Assembly: GCA_030602345.1 (NCBI GenBank)
Contig: JAUVZX010000004.1
Span: 202-64,201 of the forward strand
Direction of reading: 5' to 3'
Length of the DNA stretch: 64,000 bases
Origin: Bacilli bacterium
GTDB taxonomy: Bacteria > Bacillota_I > Bacilli_A > RF39 > UBA660
A model generated the notes under the pieces. The model ran no database searches and was not told where the DNA came from. It saw only the letters and a program-made list of their open reading frames with translations. The translations under genes were made by a program, and so were the position numbers. This document shows positions 15,601-23,241 of this stretch, in pieces (the first letter of the stretch is position 1; each line of letters opens with the position of its first letter).

Positions 15601-18127
15601 AAGAGCAAACCTCTTAACAATTGAAAATTCACATATTGAATTGTTTGGAGCAACCGATAGAACAAATGAATATTCATCAACATTATTCTCAATTAGTAGA
15701 ATTAAAGAGATGAAGTTAAAAAATAATTCAATCGTATATTTTGAAAATGGAGCCAACCTTTTAGAAAAAGTAACAAGTATTTATGAATCTGGCGGAAATG
15801 AACAAAAATCATACGTAACAATTGATGAAAATGGTAATTATGTAAGAAATGTAGACAATCGTCTATATATGCTTGAGGGCAAAAACTTAAACATTGCAAC
15901 TAATGAGTCGATTACAGCTTATGGAGAAGTTTCAGGAATGATGTTCTTCGGTATGTATAATCGTGATAGAGATGGTAATGTAGACACAGCCTTTTATTCA
16001 CCTAACTATGGTTTTGGTGATGAGGTTTTAGTTGGTCAATTTTATCATTTCTCAAGTGGTTCATATGTTTTAGGAAGACATAATTTAAATCATAATATAA
16101 ATATTGATGGTTTTTATACTTATGAAGAAAATGAAGATAATCCCAATACGATAAGAGCGACTTATATTAATCCTATACCTGAAGATGCTAATTACTATAT
16201 GTGGGTTGTTGGAGAAAGTATTGCTTCTTATGATATTTCATTAACAGCTTCTAAGTTTTCAACTTTGGGTACTTATGAATTACCACTATTAAACTTTAAT
16301 ACTGCAAATACTAGATTCACTGTTGTTGGGGTTAATTTTAATGAGTTAGATCCTAACTTTCAATTAGTAAGAAAGAGCCAAGTGCCGAGAATATCAAGTG
16401 ATGGTACTGCTGATACTAAGATGAGTTTAGTAATGCAAGCAAGTAATACTGGTTGGATTACTGTTGGAGAAACAAATTTCTTGACAGAAGAAGTAAATCC
16501 TTTGTTTGGAACAACAGATTATTTAAGTGAAAACTCAAATATAGTTCCAACTTTACTATTCTATATTTATCACTCAAAAAACTTATCATCTTCAGGAAGT
16601 ATTGGAACGGTGACCATTTCATTATTAGCTGCTACACCAATTGATGATTTAAATTATGATGTTGAAAGAATAAATATTAATATTGATTTATCTAGAGTAT
16701 TATATACTGCTATTGATTATGAAGGAGCTATGACTCCTGGTGAAAAACACAGCGTATTCGTATCTACACTTGCAGATATTACGACGGATTCTAAGATTAG
16801 TGCTTATTACTCTTTATTTACTGAAAGTGAAACACCTTTCTATGCAACAGGAGATTATAGAGCGTTAGTTTCAACAACAATTTTTCCGGAAAATACTAAA
16901 TTAACTTTAATTGATTTAGTTCCACAAACACCTGTTTATTATTACTATGTTGTTAGTGCAGCGGATGTAATTGCTGCTCAAAATGAGTTTGCAATTCACA
17001 ATGAAGCTTCTTATCCATTCTCAAGATTTATTAGAATGGGTTCAACCTCATCGGGTAATAATTATGATGATGCAATTCAAAATGATTTATATTATGATTC
17101 AGATACTGATATAGTGCATGAAGAATTCATTGTAATTGCGGATTTTGGTGAATCAAATATATCGAGTAATAAATTAAATGAAACATTATTAATTGAATTA
17201 AGAGGTTCTCAAAACCAAACAAAAATGACTGTTTTAGGTATTCAACATGCCAATTTAACTTATAGTTTGTATACTAATAAGGCAACAATTCAAGTTAATT
17301 CCGTATTAAGTAAATCAGATATATATATGGGTGAAAAAGTAAACCTTGATTTGAGTACTAACTTTGTCCAGGCAATAATAAACTCAAGAATAATTCATGA
17401 CACGACATTTTATGATAAGAAAATGGGCGTTAGAATAACGTTTGTTGATCAAAATGATAATGTTATGTCGGGAGGTAGTTTATTCGGATTAAGATTAAGA
17501 TATAATGGAATTTATTATTATCCTCAATTAGATGGTAGTTTTAGAATTAATTTATCACCAAGAGTTGCTAATGTTTTCTCAAGGATAGAAATTGATACTC
17601 AGAATGCTAACTTACCATCCGGATTATATAAAGTAAGAACAGAGAGTTATGCTTCCGCAGACGGATTATATTTTGGTTTAAATGTATCTGCAAGTGACGA
17701 GGTTAATTTAAATGTTCAAAATAATATTTATGGATTAAAAGTTAATATAAATAACAGGGCTATAATAATTGATAAAGACACAGGAATTACTAATTTAGGA
17801 AACAATATTATAGTAGTTAATGCTGAATTTTCATCAGCTTTAGCTAATCCAAAATTTAGAATAACGATGAAAAGAAGAGATTATAATAATGTTTATTCAA
17901 ATGTTTATACTCCTGTTAATTTTGAAAATTATTTCACGAATACACTAACTAGGGTAGGAGCATTCAATAATCATCAATTTATTTTAGAAAATAATCCTAC
18001 TAGTAATCAAAATTATTTTTTAACATTAAAAAATAATTTAGTATCAGGAACTTATCAAATATCTTTCCAAGTTTATGATGGAAATAACTTCATTGGAGAA
18101 GTATATAAATATGTTATAATTAAATAG
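9605..18127 (+). CDS. giant (2840 aa) secreted/surface repeat protein: N-terminal signal anchor, glycine-rich module, beta-helix-like YGGxN repeats, non-repetitive C-terminal region
   Basis: AGGAGG RBS 9594-9599. N-terminus KKKIKDNQRKLYILFSFLFLVVFSVTFSLTYG. No LPXTG or C-terminal TM seen. Follows the large TasA-like gene with an 8-nt gap. Confidence 0.7.
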   Translation: MKKKIKDNQRKLYILFSFLFLVVFSVTFSLTYGQRNDPSIVFIDDKLNGVIENVVHINDLNADYYYYKGMNFTNSGDGSLPTINDKNVYPDNRLVEVQITYSGFDPNSGYRGYVSLGELQDTFIYYKVFPVNDNGTPSNLSDDYIEIELIENPFTNRPTNRGFNGWKTSYSGAEISLDRSYYIRYAKVPVSYSGQKPNKVEINFNATWIPASVSLVNSSRTWATAFNDLDTVGMKSVQTVVGQTPLPLNMNGYFREVTVNYNQSYIGYYDGGGNIIEDPSNPSFCVEWFVPVGAEYYNASGTLQITQAGSGTICSKAGMIVFKDDTTYSNIATSGGQFNVLVVAGGGSGARSSNTSAGGGGGGAGGLILREELYIESGNQTLTVGSGGIANPSSERNNGRNGDDTIAFGLQAIGGGGGGATSNGLTGLTGGSGGGGGARNGSGGSGTSGQGSNGGNGSPANTGDNGGGGGGGFSQVGGVGTTNGSGGAGGNGFNGSSLFGTSVGENGWFAGGGAGGISGSRTMGLGGLGGGGNGGIGTTAGQSAMANTGGGGGGSPRSNFGAGNGGSGVVIVQWDESIQTRICDNVNGCTFYEVIGNEYYNSSLTYYEVVNGRLEEVNPDNLPFEYEPTYSDDFTPSSNMSTFFRLINIPRFSSVEGYYDNLGNVQSGTCSTIGGCNLYELIQYRNSSNQLETINQYETYYYLPTRDTNIIVMTTNLSNTWGTAQTKPFTLTSVHNGVDYRGSVLWTVNLAVNTYGDTNIENIRMTTTEAANNTTPPSSGTTTTRNFYGRWNNIRFGRGITQNGTQTNFRTIIGGANAATGSSSNITKYRVIVESGRYSTFSLGNSGGTANTYIENKAIYGNDYDRVTQNNNNLYVNFVASGSWGGNVYSSSNTAPIFDLVVKSGEFGGGRSDHTTGIYVGGRGGGTHYGPRVAKIEGGWIYNLIGGPLTASTKGNLNDSLIYMTGGEVDVIIGGAGTSATFGHRIIQVTGGRVNYSVFGGSNGYDGSGTDGTVRGSSYIYIGGLGVIGNPTLVANNSSLWGAEAGSVFGIGNGRSGFASIGSSDNSNIVVQDEAVINGNIYGGGNFGATGISSGTNSTYSNIKLIGGTIKKDVYGGGNNNGAGNASVSATINIDLLGSDVEGNIYGGSNTLGTIFGDVNLNIVEGTVDSNIYGGGKGGYLNSSNPGTYVRNNVVISVGNASVGPTILGNIYGGSAYGSVNTISQSTAQSSDGITLNINNGTIGEDIYGGAKGDSTYSPNVAGTINLNFNDGTVTGDIYGGNDANGSIFRTSTVYLNGGTARNVYGGGNQVGISSTDVRLQGSSVNRIYGGSNLSGNVNTTNIVSSSGTVDYIFGGNNEGGYVNATTLNITGGNINNAFGGGRFANVGSTNMTISGSVTNIYGGGQNADVSSGTTINISGGTHQNVYGGSNQAGTVPTSNITITNGNISNLFGGNNQGGQTNNTTVNISGGTHGSVYGGGRLANSVSTSLTVGNANTTNIYGGGQDADVTSGTTININGGTHGSVYGGSNQAGIVPTSNITITNGNISSLYGGNNEGGQTNNTTLTISGGTHGSVYGGGRLANATSTSLTIGNATTTNIYGGGQNADVTSSTTLTINGGTHGSVYGGSNQAGIVPTSNITVTSGNITNLYGGNNQGGQTNNTVLNMSGGTHGSVYGGGRLANTTSTSLTIGNATTTNIYGGGQSADVVSGTTLNISGGIHGIVYGGSNQSGTVGSTVLNVSNTTINQLYGGNNEGGTTLNTTLEIDNSNIGDIYGGGNTANVLNNTSLVIENSEVSGFVFGGGNNAPVLGNSLVRVDDTSILESVYAGGNGQLAVVHGDTTVYVEGNTVIDNHLFGGGNAANTGVLGSNNSVGTVVVSGGTIGGNVYGGANTAVLYGTANVYIGYGYTGITLDEKNILIEGTVFGGGEANAAGDENYDFSFISVTNGITINIIGDQVRNLRILGSIFGSGNASSTTGYSSINIENYGSIMTPNRNISIQRANLLTIENSHIELFGATDRTNEYSSTLFSISRIKEMKLKNNSIVYFENGANLLEKVTSIYESGGNEQKSYVTIDENGNYVRNVDNRLYMLEGKNLNIATNESITAYGEVSGMMFFGMYNRDRDGNVDTAFYSPNYGFGDEVLVGQFYHFSSGSYVLGRHNLNHNINIDGFYTYEENEDNPNTIRATYINPIPEDANYYMWVVGESIASYDISLTASKFSTLGTYELPLLNFNTANTRFTVVGVNFNELDPNFQLVRKSQVPRISSDGTADTKMSLVMQASNTGWITVGETNFLTEEVNPLFGTTDYLSENSNIVPTLLFYIYHSKNLSSSGSIGTVTISLLAATPIDDLNYDVERININIDLSRVLYTAIDYEGAMTPGEKHSVFVSTLADITTDSKISAYYSLFTESETPFYATGDYRALVSTTIFPENTKLTLIDLVPQTPVYYYYVVSAADVIAAQNEFAIHNEASYPFSRFIRMGSTSSGNNYDDAIQNDLYYDSDTDIVHEEFIVIADFGESNISSNKLNETLLIELRGSQNQTKMTVLGIQHANLTYSLYTNKATIQVNSVLSKSDIYMGEKVNLDLSTNFVQAIINSRIIHDTTFYDKKMGVRITFVDQNDNVMSGGSLFGLRLRYNGIYYYPQLDGSFRINLSPRVANVFSRIEIDTQNANLPSGLYKVRTESYASADGLYFGLNVSASDEVNLNVQNNIYGLKVNINNRAIIIDKDTGITNLGNNIIVVNAEFSSALANPKFRITMKRRDYNNVYSNVYTPVNFENYFTNTLTRVGAFNNHQFILENNPTSNQNYFLTLKNNLVSGTYQISFQVYDGNNFIGEVYKYVIIK
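10622..11325 (+). other. glycine-rich module inside the giant gene (poly-Gly runs separated by short beta segments)
   Basis: VLVVAGGGSGA..GGGGGGAGGLIL..TVGSGG..GGGGGGATS..GGSGGGGGARNGSGGSGTSGQGSNGGNG..GGGGGGGFS..GNGGSGVVIVQW, read directly from the translation. Confidence 0.6.
12840..15530 (+). repeat. degenerate ~20-25-aa (I/V)(Y/F)GG(G/S)N repeats, parallel beta-helix-like, within the giant gene
   Basis: Dozens of IYGGGN / VYGGSN / LFGGNN / VFGGGE units follow one another in the translation. Confidence 0.5.
13745..14935 (+). repeat. four tandem coding units of 294-297 nt (98-99 aa) inside the giant gene
   Basis: GGAAGACTAGCAAAC(G/A)CAACGAGCACTTCATTAACAATAGGAAATGCTACCACAACCAATATCTA occurs at 14339 and 14636 (297-nt offset, 1 mismatch). 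Older copies lie at about 13748 and 14042. Protein units run RxAN..TNIYGGGQ.ADV..GGTHGSVYGGSNQAG.VPTSNIT.T.GNI..L.GGNN.GGQTNNT.....SGGTHGSVYGGG. Confidence 0.85.
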
Positions 18128-18138
18128 GAGTTGATAGA

Positions 18139-18246
18139 ATGCAAGAAATCAATAAATTAGAAACTCAAGAACTGTTAGAAATATATAACATAATTTTAGA
18201 ATACTTAAAAAAATTAGAAGAACAAAAATTAAAAGAAGGGACATAG
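18139..18246 (+). CDS. small 35-aa coiled-coil ORF (not in ORF track)
   Basis: AGGAG RBS 18126-18130, ATG 18139, TAG 18244-18246. MQEINKLETQELLEIYNIILEYLKKLEEQKLKEGT. Next gene starts 3 nt later. Confidence 0.35.
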   Translation: MQEINKLETQELLEIYNIILEYLKKLEEQKLKEGT

Positions 18247-18249
18247 TAG

Positions 18250-19755
18250 ATGGAATTAAAAGAAAAAATTATACAGCAAATCAAACTGGATCAAGAAATT
18301 CTATCTTCTATGCCAACTAATAATAATAAAAACAAATTACTTAAAAATGAAAAATTAGATGAAAAATTAGTTTTCTATGAGAAAATAAAAGAAAAAATAA
18401 CAGCAGAATTATTAAAAAGAAGTAATTATTTTGAAAACCTAAAAATAAACAATGAAATTTTAAAATTAAAAAAAGATATTGTTGTTATTGAACACCAAAT
18501 AATGCTCCTCAACGATACAAATTCTTCATATGAAAAATTAGGACTAGATAAGATAGTTTATGATATAGGAAAATATTATAAGAATAAGTTAGAAAAAGTA
18601 AACTTCGATATATATAAAGCAATTATGATTTTTAAAGATGCCGGAATTAAATTATCTAAGGAAGAATTCATTTATAGTGAATTTGGAAAAGAATATATGG
18701 AAATTTTTCTTACTGAAACAAGAAGCATAGATTCTTTAGAACTTCGAGAAAAGTTTGAAAGTATATATTGGAAACAACCAGAAGTAATGAAATATATTCA
18801 AAATAATTTCAGATATTTATATAGAATTCATAAAAAAGAATTAAAAAACTATATTATTTCAGAAATAAATAAGAATAAAGAGAACAATCTAACAAAACTT
18901 TTACTAAAACATTCTCAAAAAAGAAAAGAATTAAAAGATTTAATTTCAAAAGATGAATATCTTTATTTACAAAAGTTCATTAATAAAGAAATCAGAATAG
19001 ATGACTTTGATGAGAGTAAGTTTGTAATTAAATATAATAATTTAGTTAGCGAGGGAATTTCTAGGGAAAACGCTATATTATCAATTAAAAGTTTAAATAA
19101 TACAACAAAAGAATACAGAGATTATCTTAAATATAAGTTTATTATAGAAGATATAACTAAGATATATGAAAGCAAGGATCAAATTAAATCGTCTAAAATT
19201 AAACTAAAAGAGATAAAACAAAGAGAAGATCAATTAGAAATAGATTCTGGAAAAAAGAAAAAACTATTTGGTAATAAAAAAATTGATAGAGATGATATTG
19301 TAGGAGAATTAGAAAAACTCTACTTAGAATTAGATGAAATAATATTTATTGAAAAAGTTAAAGAAAAAATAAAGAAAACATCCAAAGTAATTGATGTATT
19401 AAGTTTGGCTTCATCATATCATTCATATGTAGCTTCTTTATTGAAGAGAAGGGAACCTGAAATTACGGATGAAAATATATATTTATTTTTCGAAGAATTA
19501 AGATTATTTGCGCTAAATTTAGATAATAATTTGGTTTCTAACTTAAATGTTTTTGAAGACAGTGATTTACCAATGATAATAAGTGATAAATACATACTGG
19601 ATGGTTTGAAAGTAAGTATAGATGATTTTATTGGAAATAAAATAGATGATTTAATTGCAGCAACAGAATGGATTATTAATTATGAGAATAGCCTTGCTAT
19701 TCCAATTAAAAAAATGAATGATTATTTATTGATAAAGGATAAATTAATAGTTTAA
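18250..19755 (+). CDS. K/E/I-rich coiled-coil cytoplasmic protein of unknown function
   Basis: 501 aa; no TM or signal; long heptad-like K/E/L/I stretches. Last gene of module A. Confidence 0.45.
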   Translation: MELKEKIIQQIKLDQEILSSMPTNNNKNKLLKNEKLDEKLVFYEKIKEKITAELLKRSNYFENLKINNEILKLKKDIVVIEHQIMLLNDTNSSYEKLGLDKIVYDIGKYYKNKLEKVNFDIYKAIMIFKDAGIKLSKEEFIYSEFGKEYMEIFLTETRSIDSLELREKFESIYWKQPEVMKYIQNNFRYLYRIHKKELKNYIISEINKNKENNLTKLLLKHSQKRKELKDLISKDEYLYLQKFINKEIRIDDFDESKFVIKYNNLVSEGISRENAILSIKSLNNTTKEYRDYLKYKFIIEDITKIYESKDQIKSSKIKLKEIKQREDQLEIDSGKKKKLFGNKKIDRDDIVGELEKLYLELDEIIFIEKVKEKIKKTSKVIDVLSLASSYHSYVASLLKRREPEITDENIYLFFEELRLFALNLDNNLVSNLNVFEDSDLPMIISDKYILDGLKVSIDDFIGNKIDDLIAATEWIINYENSLAIPIKKMNDYLLIKDKLIV

Positions 19756-19760
19756 AATAG

Positions 19761-19789
19761 TTGCAAGTAAAAGGGTAAAATGATATAAT
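19761..19789 (+). promoter_or_regulatory. strong sigma-A type promoter for module B
   Basis: TTGCAA 19761-19766, 17-nt spacer ending TGA (extended -10), TATAAT 19784-19789; GGTGGG RBS; ATG 19807. Confidence 0.7.
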
Positions 19790-19806
19790 CAAGAAAAGGT
19801 GGGAAA

Positions 19807-20352
19807 ATGAAAAAAGTATTGAAAATTGTCGGTTGGTCGTTATTAGCAATTATTATTGCTGTAGATATATTTGTTACTGTTTATTTATTAAATTTTAATA
19901 ATTTTGCAGTATCACAAATCGGAAAGTACACTTTTCTAGTAATAGATGAAAAAGTTGCTGATTTCGATAAGAATGATTTAGTTATCGTTAAGAAAAATGA
20001 TAATAAGGAAATAGAAGTTGGAGATTATATATTCTTTTATGATGTTAAATCAAAAGAAAATGTAGTTAATTATGGAAAAGTAAATAGTGTATTTGAAGTA
20101 AATGAAAAAGAATCAACATTTACTATGAGTGATAATCTTCCTTTATCTAGTCAATATGTGATTGGAAAAAGTGAAACGGCATCATCATTCGCGTACTTAG
20201 GGTTATTACTATCTGTATTATCTTCACAATGGGGATTCTTATTCTTAGTAATATTTCCAATATTAATTTTATTCTTATATCAAATTAATATATTTATTGC
20301 AGAACTTCAAGCCGAAAAAAAACAATCAAAAAATAAAAAAGAAAAAGAGTAA
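19807..20352 (+). CDS. SipW-like signal peptidase I paralog, catalytically dead (pseudo-peptidase)
   Basis: 181 aa; N- and C-terminal TM helices; paralog of 1025..1534 (IGKYTFLV, VGDYIFFY, YVIGK). Glu sits at the catalytic Ser position (VIDEKVADF vs TQSMEPDY) and Asn at the His position. Confidence 0.55.
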   Translation: MKKVLKIVGWSLLAIIIAVDIFVTVYLLNFNNFAVSQIGKYTFLVIDEKVADFDKNDLVIVKKNDNKEIEVGDYIFFYDVKSKENVVNYGKVNSVFEVNEKESTFTMSDNLPLSSQYVIGKSETASSFAYLGLLLSVLSSQWGFLFLVIFPILILFLYQINIFIAELQAEKKQSKNKKEKE

Positions 20353-20353
20353 T

Positions 20354-20926
20354 ATGAAAAAAATATTACCTCTTTTATTATTGACGTTATTAATTATATT
20401 ATTCGGACAATTAGCTTCTACTTATGGTATTTTTGAGACCAATGTTGATGTTGGCTCGGAAATAGAGTTGGCAGATTGGCAAATATTAGTTAATAATATA
20501 AATTTAAATGAAGAAGAGCAAGAATTTAATATTACCAATATTCTATGGGATACAAATAGTAATGTATTGCCGGGCAAAGCTGCTCCGGGATTAGATGGTT
20601 ATTTTGAAATAATATTAGATCCAAGAACAACACAAGTAGCTATAGAATATGAAGTTACTTTTGAGTTCTCAGAATTAGAAAATTCAAATATCTATATAAC
20701 TTCAGTAAAAGATAGAAATAATAATGATATTTTAATTGTCGATAGTGAAACCTATGCTTCTTCAATGACTTTGGAAGAAGTTCAATTAAATCAAATAGAA
20801 ATAATTAAAGTTTCCTTTACTTGGGAAATGGATGAAGAAAACAGCATTATTGACTCTGGCACAGTTAATATTCCTGATTCTAATCTAGTAATACCGGTTA
20901 GACTGAGAGTCTTTCAAAAAATTTAA
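20354..20926 (+). CDS. TasA/camelysin-like secreted protein (small subunit type 2)
   Basis: Start moved to ATG 20354 (MKKILPLLLLTLLIILFGQLASTYGIFE), 1 nt after the upstream stop. The ORF-track start 20297 would overlap the upstream gene. Paralog of 7188..7772. Confidence 0.55.
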   Translation: MKKILPLLLLTLLIILFGQLASTYGIFETNVDVGSEIELADWQILVNNINLNEEEQEFNITNILWDTNSNVLPGKAAPGLDGYFEIILDPRTTQVAIEYEVTFEFSELENSNIYITSVKDRNNNDILIVDSETYASSMTLEEVQLNQIEIIKVSFTWEMDEENSIIDSGTVNIPDSNLVIPVRLRVFQKI

Positions 20927-20944
20927 CAACAAGGGGTTGTTAGC

Positions 20945-21508
20945 ATGCTAAAAGTAAACACTATGCTAAAAGTAGTTGAAAATATTTTAATGGTTATTTT
21001 TGTAGTAACCATTTTTATAGTGGCTTATAACTTTTTACAACTAAAACTATTAAATAAGGACTATGTAAGTTTTTTCGGTTATTCTTTTTTTGAAGTAATT
21101 AGTGACAGTATGGCTCCGACATTAACAAAACAAGACGTTATAATAATTAAAAAAAATGATAACTATATAAAAGATAGTATAATCACATATAAGGCTAACA
21201 ATGCTTTTGTGACGCATAGGGTGATAGAAGTTAACTCTAACTTTTATTTAACCAGAGGAGACGCTAATAATGCTACTGATGTGCCTGTTTTAAAAGAAGA
21301 TGTAGTAGGAGAAGTAGTAATTACTTTAAAAGGACTTGGAATTTGGAGAAATATTTTATTGGATCCCCAATTTCTAATTGTATTAATAATATTAGTAGTT
21401 ATTATTAATAGTTATTTCTTTAAAGATGGGACTCTAAAAGAATATAACAAAAATAAATTCAAGAAAGACTTTAAAACTAGTCATAAAAAAATTATTGAGG
21501 AATTATGA
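20945..21508 (+). CDS. sipW: signal peptidase I, SipW (ER/archaeal) type, catalytic residues intact
   Basis: 187 aa. Ser box VISDSMAPT, His box VTHRVIEV, RGDANN..D block, two TM helices. ATGA overlap with the next gene. Confidence 0.8.
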   Translation: MLKVNTMLKVVENILMVIFVVTIFIVAYNFLQLKLLNKDYVSFFGYSFFEVISDSMAPTLTKQDVIIIKKNDNYIKDSIITYKANNAFVTHRVIEVNSNFYLTRGDANNATDVPVLKEDVVGEVVITLKGLGIWRNILLDPQFLIVLIILVVIINSYFFKDGTLKEYNKNKFKKDFKTSHKKIIEEL

Positions 21509-22089
21509 AAATATTATCTATTCTTAAAATAAAGAAAAGAGTGACTAAAATAATAGTAATAATATTTTTATTATTATTTAGTTTTGTGGTGATTCCTTAT
21601 GCATATTCTAGATATGAATCTTCAGCTACATCAAATCTTGTCGCTCCAATAGCGCACTATTTATTAAAAGCAGATTATATCCAAACAAATATCGAAGTGG
21701 GAACTATAGTTCCTTCTGACGATCCTTATATATATACATTTACAATTTCTAATAATTATCAAGGAAGAAGAACAGAGATTAATCTGGAGTATGATGTAGC
21801 AATTAGAACCACTACAAATTTACCTTTGGAATATGAATTATATATAAATCAAGATTATGAACATCCATCTTCAACTTCATCTATTATAAGTGATGAATAT
21901 ATACAAGATGATCATAATACTTATTTTAGGGAATTGAAAGTAGCTAGAGAATATTTTAACTTTACACTTGATGAAATTAATAATTATACGCTAGTTGTTC
22001 GATTTCCCAGTCAATATAAGGTTAATAATTATGAAGAGATAATCGAAAGTGTTGAAATAATAATTGACTCTAGACAAAAGGTTGACTAA
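21505..22089 (+). CDS. secreted protein, probable TasA/camelysin-like small subunit
   Basis: 194 aa. N-terminus KKRVTKIIVIIFLLLFSFVVIPYAYSRYESS (compare TYSKYRSE in 7188..7772). Beta-rich body. Confidence 0.45.
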   Translation: MKILSILKIKKRVTKIIVIIFLLLFSFVVIPYAYSRYESSATSNLVAPIAHYLLKADYIQTNIEVGTIVPSDDPYIYTFTISNNYQGRRTEINLEYDVAIRTTTNLPLEYELYINQDYEHPSSTSSIISDEYIQDDHNTYFRELKVAREYFNFTLDEINNYTLVVRFPSQYKVNNYEEIIESVEIIIDSRQKVD

Positions 22090-22104
22090 AATTTACAAAA
22101 AAAG

Positions 22105-22133
22105 TTGTAATGTAAAAAAAAAAATGCTAAGAT
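22105..22133 (+). promoter_or_regulatory. candidate internal promoter for the large TasA-like subunit gene
   Basis: TTGTAA 22105-22110, 17-nt spacer ending TGC, TAAGAT 22128-22133. An 89-nt gap precedes the gene. Confidence 0.4.
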
Positions 22134-22178
22134 AAAACTAGATAATATGAAACCATATTATATAGAGAGGGGATTACA

Positions 22179-23162
22179 ATGAAAGGTAAGTCTAAAAGAC
22201 AAAGAAAATTATTCTTAATGATGGTTATGATGCTTTCGACAGCAGCATTTATCTCAACAGCAACGTTTGCTTGGTTTACAGCTAACAGAACTGTTGCAGT
22301 TCAAGATATTCAAATTAACGTAGAAGCACAAGGAGGTATTCAAGTTTCTGCCGATGGAACAAATTGGAAATCAATTGTTAACATAGCAGATTTAACTAAC
22401 GTAGCAGCAACATATGATGCTAGTATTAATCAAATACCTACTATTCTTGAACCGGTTTCATCAGCATTGACTGTTGATACAAATGGTTTAATGGAAATGT
22501 TCTACGGTGAAGTTGTAACAAACGTAGGTGGAGATTATATCTTAACAGCTACTAAAACAACTGAAACAAGAAATAATCCAGCTGGAAGATTTGTTGCATT
22601 CGATCTATTCTTTAGATTAGAAGCTGCTTCAAGTTTATACTTAACTCCTAATTCAGGTGTTAGTACTCCAGATGCTACAGATACTGGAATTAAAAATGCT
22701 GCACGTATGGCATTCGTTAATTTAGGAAACGTTGCATTAGGTTCTCCAGTTGCAACTATTCAAGCATTAAATGCAGGTGTTGCAGCACCAGTTACTTTAT
22801 GGGAACCAAACTATAATAGTCATACAGCACCAGCTATTGCTCATGCTTTTGATACTTATGGTTTAACAGTAGATGGAATCAATCCAGTTCCTTATTCAGG
22901 TGTTAGAGCTCCGATTGATGCTATAGAAGACATTTTAGTAGGTGATGCTACTGAAACTAACTATCCAGCATTCTTTACAGCTATAACTCCATCATTATTA
23001 ACTGAAGAAGGATTTGCAGTTAACACAGAAGTATTTAGTTTACCACAAGGTATTTCTAAAGTAAGAATTTATATGTGGGTCGAAGGACAAGATATAGATG
23101 CTGAAAATACAGCTTCAGGTGGAGCAGCAACATTTACTCTTCAATTAACTATCGAAGAATAA
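22179..23162 (+). CDS. large TasA-like secreted subunit, candidate major fibre subunit
   Basis: 327 aa; RBS GAGAGGGG. N-terminus KGKSKRQRKLFLMMVMMLSTAAFISTATFAWFTANR; A/T/V/G-rich body. Own candidate promoter and strong terminator. Paralog of 8622..9596. Confidence 0.65.
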   Translation: MKGKSKRQRKLFLMMVMMLSTAAFISTATFAWFTANRTVAVQDIQINVEAQGGIQVSADGTNWKSIVNIADLTNVAATYDASINQIPTILEPVSSALTVDTNGLMEMFYGEVVTNVGGDYILTATKTTETRNNPAGRFVAFDLFFRLEAASSLYLTPNSGVSTPDATDTGIKNAARMAFVNLGNVALGSPVATIQALNAGVAAPVTLWEPNYNSHTAPAIAHAFDTYGLTVDGINPVPYSGVRAPIDAIEDILVGDATETNYPAFFTAITPSLLTEEGFAVNTEVFSLPQGISKVRIYMWVEGQDIDAENTASGGAATFTLQLTIEE

Positions 23163-23167
23163 AAATA

Positions 23168-23195
23168 AAAGAAAACCAATTGGTTTTCTTTTTTA
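23168..23195 (+). terminator. rho-independent terminator
   Basis: AGAAAACCA-AT-TGGTTTTCT followed by a T-run. Confidence 0.75.
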
Positions 23196-23241
23196 TTTGA
23201 CATTATATATTTAAGAAGATAAAATTAAACAAGAGGATAAT

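Noticed and set aside
20945-20974. 12-nt direct duplication ATGCTAAAAGTA..ATGCTAAAAGTA at the 5' end of the module B sipW.
   Set aside because: It only produces MLKVNTMLKV and an ambiguity between two in-frame starts. No further significance could be supported.
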